Source: a virus. Taken from it: DNA of 64,000 bases. Positions within the stretch are counted from its first letter, which is position 1; each line of letters opens with the position of its first letter. The stretch covers positions 64,001 to 128,000 of the IMG/VR virus record IMGVR_UViG_3300032268_001078. The stretch is one strand, 5' to 3'. The notes under the pieces were generated by a model. It made no database searches, was not told the DNA's origin, and was given only the letters and a program-made list of their open reading frames with translations. Of the stretch, positions 48,001-56,161 are shown piece by piece. The translations under genes were made by a program, and so were the position numbers.

Positions 48001-49397
48001 ATACCGTAAAAATCACTTTCACTGCCACTTAAAAATACTAAAGTTCCTACAGGGGCATTTGGTTGTGGGGTATCAGTTGGATATTCTTTAATAAAAATAA
48101 AAGTTGAACCTTCTGTAATTGAAGTAACATTACTCTCTGTAAATGTCCACTCTCTATTAAGCGTGGATGGAACTAATGAATAAGGATTTAAATTTATAAT
48201 TGCATTCTTAGACCCAGTTTGAGTAATTGTACTATTATTAATGTTAAAATTTTGTGTATTTGAATTTAAAGGACCATTTAAATCTAAACTACCTGATATA
48301 CGCGCTGAACCTGTGAAAGGAAATGATGGTGTTGTATTTAATGCAAAAGAAGCAGTTCCAAACAATGATCCAGTAATTGAATTTGCTATTAAACTTCCGC
48401 TTATATTTGTAGTACCATTTAAATTAATAATACCTAAACCTGAACCAGTATTATAAAATCTAATACTTGGAGGGGTATCATCTAAACTTGAAGTTGTAAT
48501 ATAAGCTCTTACTGACGCGAAATAATAAAAAGTTTCACCTATTTCTGTTGAACCTGTAGTTGTAACTATACCTAAAAATTTATAATTAGGAATACCATAT
48601 CCATCTGTTTGACTACCACTAATAAATACTTTTGTTCCTATTTGTGGAGGAAGTTGTCCATAAGATTCGTCTTGTAAAACATTAAAAATTGAACCTGATG
48701 TAATTGAAGTAACAGTAAAAAGTATAGGTGCTTGATTCCAATCTCTATTAATTGTAGATACTTGATTAGAAACAGTATTTAAATTTATAATTGATGGGTT
48801 ATAAATAGCATTTTGTATAAAATTATTATTATTAATATTAAAACTTTGTGTATTTGAGTTTAAAGGTCCGTTTAAATCTAAACTACCTGATATACCCGCT
48901 GATCCTGTAAAAGGAAAAGATGATCCACCACCACCTCCTCCTGAACCTGTATTAACAGTGATTGGGAATGTTGAACCATCACCCTTGGTGAAAGTTATTG
49001 TGTTTAGATTTACAGAAGCAGTTGTTAATAATGAACCAGTATTTGTACTTCCACCTCCTCCATTTAAAGCAAAGCTTGCTGTTAGAGCGTAACTTGAAGA
49101 CAAGGCTTGAGTTGAATATGATGCTGTACCAAATAAACGTCCAGTAAATGATCCAGTAAATGAACCTGTAGTGTAAGAAGAAGTAAAATTGTTAAAACTA
49201 CTTGTAGTCACAAATGATCCTGTGTTTACAATAGTTCCTCCTCCTCCACCTAAAGCAGAAGACGCTGTAATATACAATTGTCCAGAAGCTGTATCAATTA
49301 AAACAACATTTGATTGAGAGTTAGATGTTAGTCCTCTAAAAAATATAGGTCCTGATATTGTTAATGATCCTGATACTATGGGTTGAAAAATTCTCAT
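45027..49397 (-). CDS. Large fibre protein, 1456 aa: three internal domain repeats, GxTTI hexapeptide repeats and C-terminal NIAIG (YadA-like) repeats
   Basis: FPFTGSA.ISGS.DL.GPLNS x3; KFLGIV x3; N.AIG..AL repeats. Confidence 0.7.
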   Translation of the reverse strand: MRIFQPIVSGSLTISGPIFFRGLTSNSQSNVVLIDTASGQLYITASSALGGGGGTIVNTGSFVTTSSFNNFTSSYTTGSFTGSFTGRLFGTASYSTQALSSSYALTASFALNGGGGSTNTGSLLTTASVNLNTITFTKGDGSTFPITVNTGSGGGGGGSSFPFTGSAGISGSLDLNGPLNSNTQSFNINNNNFIQNAIYNPSIINLNTVSNQVSTINRDWNQAPILFTVTSITSGSIFNVLQDESYGQLPPQIGTKVFISGSQTDGYGIPNYKFLGIVTTTGSTEIGETFYYFASVRAYITTSSLDDTPPSIRFYNTGSGLGIINLNGTTNISGSLIANSITGSLFGTASFALNTTPSFPFTGSARISGSLDLNGPLNSNTQNFNINNSTITQTGSKNAIINLNPYSLVPSTLNREWTFTESNVTSITEGSTFIFIKEYPTDTPQPNAPVGTLVFLSGSESDFYGIPEYKFLGIVSQSYNEIIGGEDPNSKYYAVCIAYTTTSWPDLYPNTIRFYNGVPSPGSGSINLNGDTTVNGDTTIGGNTTINGSTTVKGNTIISGSTTITGSTSIRGNTIISGSTTITGSTTVSGSTSIRGNTTISGSLTLTGSLIATSFTGSLLGTSSRAVTASYALNGGVTTIIGGADILITSGSGGNVTVSSTGGGGAFPFTGSARISGSIDLDGPLNSDIQNFNITNDTVIQNSVFNSSSINLTSYSNKPSIINQQWDGLYDIGSGSVSYSITSGSSFYVDAFAGSISFPQIGTKVFYSSGSQTQTDGYNIPNYKFLGIVTGTTTYYTGGDPDYLVNRVIATAYITTSSLDNDTSVRYYNTGSTINNGTINLNSTTNVNGVLNVSSSIISPLYLASGSEFRGPLTITNTASINNLLIIGNNNLDKKYLQFGKLVNNYAVDANFINLSRNAQSGVDVFNRLNTRLQFNQGFPYTYYDGEDPVSAIGSNTLSYLDFQTDTTYLNIIDLNFVAQGYSVDSNNNFTALPIKGFNTNYNGTTYFNVIGAVSASAYYGNGSNLTGIFTNPFTGNFIVNGTSSINGILTSSIANLDTINSTNGINGVFISEGSGSNTTNLVLGDPRALSTLNLAASAISGRNNIAIGSGSLVSATSTFRNIALGNNIMPLVTSNGSNNNIGIGFDVFTASTTSITNNIAIGNSASYATTTGDNNIAIGTEALFSNTSFGNNIAIGLRAGKLATGAGSSIFIGVDAGSNVTSGDNNIAIGFEALKFLTTVNNNIAIGYQAMVSGSGAQDSIAIGSSALRNITTGDDNLAIGANALSSITTAAGNLAIGTDSMISTSATATSNNTSIGFQSLQNITGSNNVVLGYRTMQGVRFGSNNTVIGYNNISGSGVSGSNNTIIGANVVLPDGVYNNRIIIADGQGTQRISVSGSITSISGSLSITGSGAIFTLQPQDPLPTVNILAGSFAVSSSIPPKPYFWDGSVWNALY
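47590..47815. repeat. Degenerate 18-bp tandem repeat (~12 units) coding G[SDN]T[TSI][IV]x
   Basis: Periodic ccNNNTAtAGTTGTAyTa pattern, with a 54-bp GNTIISGSTTITGST segment duplicated. Confidence 0.85.
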
Positions 49398-49485
49398 TTT
49401 ATTTTACTGGTTGTGTTATATGACCTACTTGAATAATAGAATTATTTATTTTTATTAATGTTAATACCATAATATATTATAAATA

Positions 49486-51555
49486 TTATATATTTGAATA
49501 ACCGTATTCAAAAGGAATTAAATAAACATCAAAAGAACCAGTTACTGTTATTCTGTTACTTATTCCGTATTGAGTAGGAGTAGTTACTTTTGCATACATT
49601 AAATTAGTATCATCATACCAAGTTGTATTAAATTTACCTCCAATTGTAGTAGTTAATGTATATAATAATTGATTGTTTATATTATCATATATATCTACGA
49701 TATAGCCTGAGCCATCTCCGGTATAGTTGTAAATTGAGCCTGATAGAGGATAGGTGTATCTACTTAAATTCATAAATCGTTCAAACCCAAGTCTTGTTCC
49801 AAGAGTTAATATTCTAAATTGTCTATTAATCCATGGATTTAAATAACTAGAAGAAGGTGCTTCAGAGTATCTAGCAAAATAATCTTTATATTCTATTATA
49901 CTATAACTAGAACCTAACTCAACATCTGTTATAACAACATCATTATAAATATTTTTATATCCTACTCCGTTTTCATTAGGTAATATTTTAGCGTCGTAAG
50001 TATAACCTTGTGGATTTTGCACTAAATTATAAAATATATTTCCATTATCTATAATATAAGTACTACTGCTAACTGTCAAAGGAATAGAACTTGTATATAA
50101 TAAAGAAGTATTATTAACAGCACTAGTAAATGTTCTATCAGAAAAAATATGAAATTTAGTACTATTATCTATACCTGTAGAAGGCACATCAGAATGATAA
50201 TTTATTATATATAATCCAGTAACATTACTAGCATTTTGAGTTGTACTAGTTGTAAATATACTTGAAGATATTTCATTTAAACCTCTTACTAGTGTAAATC
50301 CAGAACCATATTCAGCTCCACTATCTATTCTATGTTGTACATTTTTCATACCACATATAGCGCTACCAAAATCATTGTATGTTTTAAAAGAAGATTGCCC
50401 TCCAGTTTTTATCCTTAAAGTAGTAATAGTAGCAGTATCAAACCAATTTAGACGTAAAGCGCTTTGTTTTAACTCTAAATTATTATCTAATATTCTAAAT
50501 GTTTTATCAACAAATGAAGATGAAGGTTCTACTGGATATCCTAATGGTGAATTTATATATTCAGGTATTAAAATAGTATTTAATATTTTTGATGTTGTAG
50601 TTTTATCATATTCATAAGTCACATACAACGAAGGACTAATATGTCTAAAAGCAGTAGCTGTATTAGCTGCTAAATTTAAAGAATGAGTTACTGTTGTATC
50701 TGGCAAGGAAGAAGTGGGAATACTATACATAAAACGATCAAATCTATCAGATTGTAAAGCTCTTTGTATTAAACCAAATTGATACACTGAATTATAGGTT
50801 GAGGAAGTAATTGAGGAAGTTAAAAAAATGTTTATTCCAGCACCTGTGGTTTCATTTCCTTCTATTTCTATAAAATAATCTCTTATTACCACATTAGATT
50901 CTGGTAAAAAACCACCAACACCTGTTAATTGTGGTATATAATCAATAAATGATGAAGTATTTATCCCGGTAATACCTAAAGAAGATGTTGGGCTGTTAAA
51001 TGGAATAATAGCAGTTTTTATGTAAGTGTTGTTATTATTTTCATGCTCATAAGTAGCGAATAATTTCGCTGTGTAATTATAAGCAGCACTACTAGTATTT
51101 GAAGCTGAAATTGAAGAAAGTGTTCTCCAATAAATATTTAAATCAACATCGATTGAAGAAGATTGAGCAGGTATATTAGAGTTGAAATAATTAGTAAAAT
51201 CAAAAGGTCCAAGTACCATAGACCAGTTTTCTCCACTATTTCCTATAGTGTTAGCATCACCGGCGATAGTAGATAAATAATTATAAGAAGATGTTATTGA
51301 AGATCCACTTATTTGTAATGTTATATTATATCCATTTATACTTTGAACTACAGATAGCCCGTCCATCCATCCTATTTCTACTCCAACTGATTTAAAATTT
51401 CTAGATGATGTTTCAGGGAAATATAAAGTTTTTGTTCCTAAAGAAGCAGTGATTGTGTAAAATTGGTTTGCTCCAGACCCTGTTAAAGCAGCGACAGCTG
51501 AGCTAGCTGTTAAAGTAGGCCAAGCATAATATACAGTTTTCGCAACGGTTGCCAT
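49486..51555 (-). CDS. Virion structural protein, 689 aa, with a C-terminal carboxypeptidase-regulatory/Ig-like domain
   Basis: Beta-rich and Ser/Thr-rich; ends SGSIYNYTGDGSG..VDIY...T..GG.F...WYD; translationally coupled in the fibre operon. Confidence 0.5.
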   Translation of the reverse strand: MATVAKTVYYAWPTLTASSAVAALTGSGANQFYTITASLGTKTLYFPETSSRNFKSVGVEIGWMDGLSVVQSINGYNITLQISGSSITSSYNYLSTIAGDANTIGNSGENWSMVLGPFDFTNYFNSNIPAQSSSIDVDLNIYWRTLSSISASNTSSAAYNYTAKLFATYEHENNNNTYIKTAIIPFNSPTSSLGITGINTSSFIDYIPQLTGVGGFLPESNVVIRDYFIEIEGNETTGAGINIFLTSSITSSTYNSVYQFGLIQRALQSDRFDRFMYSIPTSSLPDTTVTHSLNLAANTATAFRHISPSLYVTYEYDKTTTSKILNTILIPEYINSPLGYPVEPSSSFVDKTFRILDNNLELKQSALRLNWFDTATITTLRIKTGGQSSFKTYNDFGSAICGMKNVQHRIDSGAEYGSGFTLVRGLNEISSSIFTTSTTQNASNVTGLYIINYHSDVPSTGIDNSTKFHIFSDRTFTSAVNNTSLLYTSSIPLTVSSSTYIIDNGNIFYNLVQNPQGYTYDAKILPNENGVGYKNIYNDVVITDVELGSSYSIIEYKDYFARYSEAPSSSYLNPWINRQFRILTLGTRLGFERFMNLSRYTYPLSGSIYNYTGDGSGYIVDIYDNINNQLLYTLTTTIGGKFNTTWYDDTNLMYAKVTTPTQYGISNRITVTGSFDVYLIPFEYGYSNI

Positions 51556-54353
51556 TATTTATATGTTTCTGTTATTAATTGTAAACTTAAATTTGAAGCA
51601 CTTGTATTTGTTTCAACATTTATTAAAAATACATCATTAGGACTAAATGAAGTTGTCCAATTTGATACATCATATGAACTAGTAAACTGGTTATTTATCA
51701 ATTGCGGTTTGTTTGTTGTTATAATAGTATCTGAGGATGTAGGTAGAGTGTTATTTCTTTTCCAAATATTTAATGTTGTTGTAGAACCTGTATTTGATGT
51801 TAAAATAAATCCTTTTATAGATCCTGAATACGGTGAATAAAATATACTGTTGGTTTTACTTCCTACTGTTATTGGAGTTGGAATACTACCTAAATTAAAT
51901 GTAATTGTTCTTGATTCTGTAATAGAAGTAGAAGCAGTTATAGAATAGGAACTTGTTCCTAATAAACTACCTGTAAATCCTAAAGTTGATATTATAGACC
52001 CAGTCACAGTCAAACTTCCTGTTATTATAGCTGATCCTGTAAAAGGAAATGCTCCACCACCACCAGTGTAACTTACAGTTACATCTCCTACTCCACTTCC
52101 AGGTGAAACAGATATACTTGAACCTGCTATAATTTTTGTTACAGCACCACCGCCTCCTCCTCCTGATCCTGTATTAATAGTGATTGGAAATGTTGAACCG
52201 TCACCTTTAGTGAAAGTAATTGTGTTTAGATTTACAGAAGCAGTTGTTAATAATGAACCGGTGTCTGTACTCCCACCGCCTCCTCCGTTCATAGCATAAC
52301 TAGCAGTTAAAGCATAACTTGAACTTAAGGATTGGTTTGAATAAGACGAAGTTCCTAATAAAGATCCAGTAAATCCATTAGTTGATTGTATACTACCTGT
52401 TACTACTAAATTACCTGCTATATTCTGTGATCCTGTATTTGTTAATACTTCATGCCATCCTGGTTGTGATCCAGAATTGTAGTAATAAAGTCCTTCTGTA
52501 GCAGAAGATGTAATGTAGGTTATAAGACCTTGAGCCGGACTACTTATGTTTGATGTTAGGTTTGTTCTAGGTGGTAAGAAACCTTTTGTTGTACTATTTG
52601 CCTGTAAAACTGCCGAAGGTACTTCAGATTGTCCAGATCCAAAATTACCCCAGTTTGTTATTGTTATACTATTTGTATTGATACCTTGAGCACCTGCTCC
52701 AATGATGGTATAACCATCATCTCTAACTCTAAATACTTGTGTACCACTACTATTTTGAACTAAGAGAGCATTGGTGACAGATGTTGTTCCTGATCCTTTA
52801 ACTAATAAACTATTAGTATTAGAACCTGTGATTGTTAAAGTACCTGCTATGTTCTGTGGCCCGGTATCATTTAATACTTTAGTCCATGCCTGATATGATC
52901 CTGAGTTATAATAGTAAAGTCCTTCTGTATCAGAAGATGTAATGTATGTTATTAAACCTTGAGCAGGACTGCTTATACTTGAGGTTAGGTTTGTTCTAGG
53001 TGGTAAGAATCCTTTTGTTGTAGACCGAACTTCAAATATTGCAGAGGTATTAGTAGCTCCAGCAGTTGCAGCTACGTTAATCCCTCCATTAACAGCAAAA
53101 AGTGTCATATCAAATTGCGAACTTAATTGCATACGACCACCATTACTACCATTTAGTGTTCCTCCACCATTACCATTTACGGTAAATGATGAACCTAAAT
53201 TAATTCCTCCATCGTCAGCAACTTTAAAATACTGAGTTCCTGCACTATTCTGAACTAGAAATGAAGATGACAATGAACTTGTAGTTTGGCCTACTATATG
53301 TAATGAAGCAGAAGGTATTATTGTTCCTACTCCTATAAGTCTATTATCAAGTATTGCTAGTGAAGCAGATGCGTTAGCATTTTCTATTCTTAAAGTTGTG
53401 GTAGCAGTAGTTGTACCTGCTCCTTTTACAGTTAATCGAGCAGGTGGGGTTTCAGTCGTCACGTAGGTATTTCCTACAGCCATGTAACTAGGAGCTGAGA
53501 CATGTCCGTTAAGATTTATATACAGTCCATTATTGTTGTTTGCCCTAATTCTAAAATTGTTATAATTTGTAGTTAAAAGAGCATCTGAACCTATATCTTT
53601 AAATTGAAATTCTTTACCATTTATCGCTATAACTGATTGTGATGAACCTGTCACTGTTAAAGATCCAGTGACAGTCAAACTTCCTGTTATTACTGCGCTT
53701 CCTGTATATGGAAAAGTTGAACCACCCCCACCACCTCCTGATCCTGTATTTACAGTAATTGGAAATGTAGTTCCATCTCCTTTAGTAAAAGTAATAGTAT
53801 TTAAATTAACAGATGCTGTTACTAGTAAAGATCCTGTGTCTGTATTTCCACCTCCACCTCCGCCATTTAAAGCATAACTAGCTGTTAAAGCATAAGAAGA
53901 AGTTCCTAATAATGAGCCTGTGAATCCCTGTGTTGCTGTTATTGATCCTGTAACTACTAAAGAACCAGATATTATAGCAGATCCTGTATATGGAAAAGAT
54001 GAATTTTCTTCATTTAATATTCCTCCTACTGAAGCTATAGCAAAACCACTTTCTAAAGTTGGAAAAGTTATTGTTGCACTTGAAGTACTATTTAATAATA
54101 AGTTTTGAGGAATAATTTGATTATAATTTGAATCAAAAACTGTTATAATTGGTGTTCTTGTTCCTAAATTATGATTAAATACCCAAGTATCTGAATTACT
54201 AAATGAAGATGTTATTACAGATCCAGATCCAGATCCAGAAACATATATATTTGTAGTTCCTCCGTTTAAAGCATATGAAGCAGTTCCAAATAAAGATCCT
54301 GTATATGAACCTGTTTGATTAAAGTCTATTTGATGTAATTTGATTAATGCCAT
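51555..54353 (-). CDS. Fibre-like virion protein with shared modules and an internal duplication
   Basis: W.FNHNLG..P domain; two TASVNLNTITFTKGDG modules; two STTKGFLPPRTNLTS..SSPAQGL modules. Confidence 0.65.
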   Translation of the reverse strand: MALIKLHQIDFNQTGSYTGSLFGTASYALNGGTTNIYVSGSGSGSVITSSFSNSDTWVFNHNLGTRTPIITVFDSNYNQIIPQNLLLNSTSSATITFPTLESGFAIASVGGILNEENSSFPYTGSAIISGSLVVTGSITATQGFTGSLLGTSSYALTASYALNGGGGGGNTDTGSLLVTASVNLNTITFTKGDGTTFPITVNTGSGGGGGGSTFPYTGSAVITGSLTVTGSLTVTGSSQSVIAINGKEFQFKDIGSDALLTTNYNNFRIRANNNNGLYINLNGHVSAPSYMAVGNTYVTTETPPARLTVKGAGTTTATTTLRIENANASASLAILDNRLIGVGTIIPSASLHIVGQTTSSLSSSFLVQNSAGTQYFKVADDGGINLGSSFTVNGNGGGTLNGSNGGRMQLSSQFDMTLFAVNGGINVAATAGATNTSAIFEVRSTTKGFLPPRTNLTSSISSPAQGLITYITSSDTEGLYYYNSGSYQAWTKVLNDTGPQNIAGTLTITGSNTNSLLVKGSGTTSVTNALLVQNSSGTQVFRVRDDGYTIIGAGAQGINTNSITITNWGNFGSGQSEVPSAVLQANSTTKGFLPPRTNLTSNISSPAQGLITYITSSATEGLYYYNSGSQPGWHEVLTNTGSQNIAGNLVVTGSIQSTNGFTGSLLGTSSYSNQSLSSSYALTASYAMNGGGGGSTDTGSLLTTASVNLNTITFTKGDGSTFPITINTGSGGGGGGAVTKIIAGSSISVSPGSGVGDVTVSYTGGGGAFPFTGSAIITGSLTVTGSIISTLGFTGSLLGTSSYSITASTSITESRTITFNLGSIPTPITVGSKTNSIFYSPYSGSIKGFILTSNTGSTTTLNIWKRNNTLPTSSDTIITTNKPQLINNQFTSSYDVSNWTTSFSPNDVFLINVETNTSASNLSLQLITETYK

Positions 54354-54359
54354 TTCTTA

Positions 54360-55559
54360 CTATATGTATTTTCCTATTACTATCACATAATCTCCAACAA
54401 TAACTGATGATGATCCACTAAATGTGATTTTAATATCACTTCCTTCTTGTTCAATTTCAAATAAAGTTGAGTCAATTGTTACTCCATTTACATAAACAAT
54501 AAAGTTTAATTTACTTGTAGGTGTTAATGATAATGGAGCAGTTAAAATTGTTCTATTTCTTAAATAAGCCAAGTTATTACTCACTACTTCAGCTTGACTT
54601 GTAGTATTTGTGTTTAAATAATTAATAACTAAACTATAATCTGGTGGAGTTCCTCCTCCACCGCCTCCTGGAATAACTTGTGTATCAACTCTAGTTTTAG
54701 TATTAACAGGAACAGTATACATACTTGAAATGTATCCTTCATTAAATTTAACTGTTCCTTTACTCACAAAATTCATTTCATGAGACATAAAAGCATTAAC
54801 AGTATCTGGAATTAAGTATCCATGTAGTGTTAAAGTAATTTTAGAAGTTACAGTTCTTTCTTCATCTTGTGTATATGAGTTCACTGTTGAAAAACTATTA
54901 GCATTTACGCGGAAATAATAGCGGTTCTTATCGCCCCAATAGCTGTTTTCAGCATATTGTATGCTTTCAATAACTCTGTTTAATTGCTCAACGAAATTTG
55001 TATAAATTGTTAAATCATAAGTTATGTTTACATAATCAGGATGAGCAACCATTTTAAATTCTTTAACAGGTTGTCTGTTGTTTAAAACTCCAAAATTATC
55101 ATAAGCATTTTTAGTTGTATAAGATTGTTGGAATATATGTAAATTTTGAGCTACATTACTATCAAGATTTCTACCAATTGTTCTTATTTTTTCTATATTT
55201 GTACGATTTACTACAATAACAGGAGTTAAAATTTTATTATTAACGTCTCTTAAGTATCCGTCTTTTTGCATTGCTACCCATCTTTCAGGATAAGCATAAA
55301 TAACAGGTACTTCTATTAATTCAGTATTTTGATAAATTGTAGGTTTAATGTTTTCTTTAATATGGTTTAACACAGCTGTGTCTAAGTCAATTAATCTAAC
55401 ACTAAAATCTTTAGTTCTTGAGTCTTTAGATGATACTTTAGTAGCTCTATTTTTACTTATTGCTGGTTCCTTACCATAGTCAACTAAATCATAAGGTTCA
55501 ATTTTTTCTTGAACTCTTTCAGCTGGTGTTTTTGGTATAGGTTTTCTAATTTGAGCCAT
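54360..55559 (-). CDS. gp15: Tail completion / terminator protein (T4 gp15-like) with a C-terminal extra domain
   Basis: VPVIYAYPERW...KDGYLRD, PDYVNITY and YWGDKNRYYF; position after gp14. Confidence 0.65.
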   Translation of the reverse strand: MAQIRKPIPKTPAERVQEKIEPYDLVDYGKEPAISKNRATKVSSKDSRTKDFSVRLIDLDTAVLNHIKENIKPTIYQNTELIEVPVIYAYPERWVAMQKDGYLRDVNNKILTPVIVVNRTNIEKIRTIGRNLDSNVAQNLHIFQQSYTTKNAYDNFGVLNNRQPVKEFKMVAHPDYVNITYDLTIYTNFVEQLNRVIESIQYAENSYWGDKNRYYFRVNANSFSTVNSYTQDEERTVTSKITLTLHGYLIPDTVNAFMSHEMNFVSKGTVKFNEGYISSMYTVPVNTKTRVDTQVIPGGGGGGTPPDYSLVINYLNTNTTSQAEVVSNNLAYLRNRTILTAPLSLTPTSKLNFIVYVNGVTIDSTLFEIEQEGSDIKITFSGSSSVIVGDYVIVIGKYI

Positions 55560-56161
55560 TATTGTAATTTATAAGGTATTAAATTTAAATGAGTTACTCG
55601 AGTCATATGAGCATCTAATTCATACATTAAACTTTCTCCTCGTTTAAATAAAGGATTTGATTCAAATGTTCCTTGAAGATAATACTGATCATCATTTCCA
55701 AACATAATGTGATTTTCATTTACATTATGAAGTTCATAGTATCTTTCTCTGTCTAATAAAATATCTCCTACTTCAGGAAATACTCCTATTTGAACTAACA
55801 TTTCATGAACAAACCAAAATTTACTTTGTTGAGTATTAGTAGGTCCATAATCATCTACTTGTATTCTTTCATCACCTCTATCAATATAACACTTCATCAT
55901 TACTGGTTCATAGTAGTATTTTGATAAAGATTCACCATAAATGTTCACATTAGATTGTTGGGGAATAATTTTATAGTATGCTACTTGCATAGACATAAGT
56001 CTCTTGTAACCTTCTGTAACAGAAGACACTTGAAAATCTACATCTTGTCCAGGAGCAAATGGATTAGGTCTAGCATTTCCATCAGGATTTGATGGAGTTG
56101 CTTGATAATCACCGGGTGTTGTAACCGCCTGTCCTGGCCTTCTAAAAAATGCACCAGCCAT
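55559..56161 (-). CDS. gp14: Neck / head-closure protein (T4 gp14-like)
   Basis: NIYGES..KYY..PV, PEVGDI...ERYYE..NVNEN; position between gp13 and gp15. Confidence 0.6.
   Translation of the reverse strand: MAGAFFRRPGQAVTTPGDYQATPSNPDGNARPNPFAPGQDVDFQVSSVTEGYKRLMSMQVAYYKIIPQQSNVNIYGESLSKYYYEPVMMKCYIDRGDERIQVDDYGPTNTQQSKFWFVHEMLVQIGVFPEVGDILLDRERYYELHNVNENHIMFGNDDQYYLQGTFESNPLFKRGESLMYELDAHMTRVTHLNLIPYKLQ

Noticed and set aside
4743-54353. Diversity-generating retroelement acting on the fibre genes
   Set aside because: There is no reverse transcriptase in the window, and the near-identical repeats differ mainly at synonymous positions rather than specifically at adenines. A DGR elsewhere in the genome cannot be excluded.
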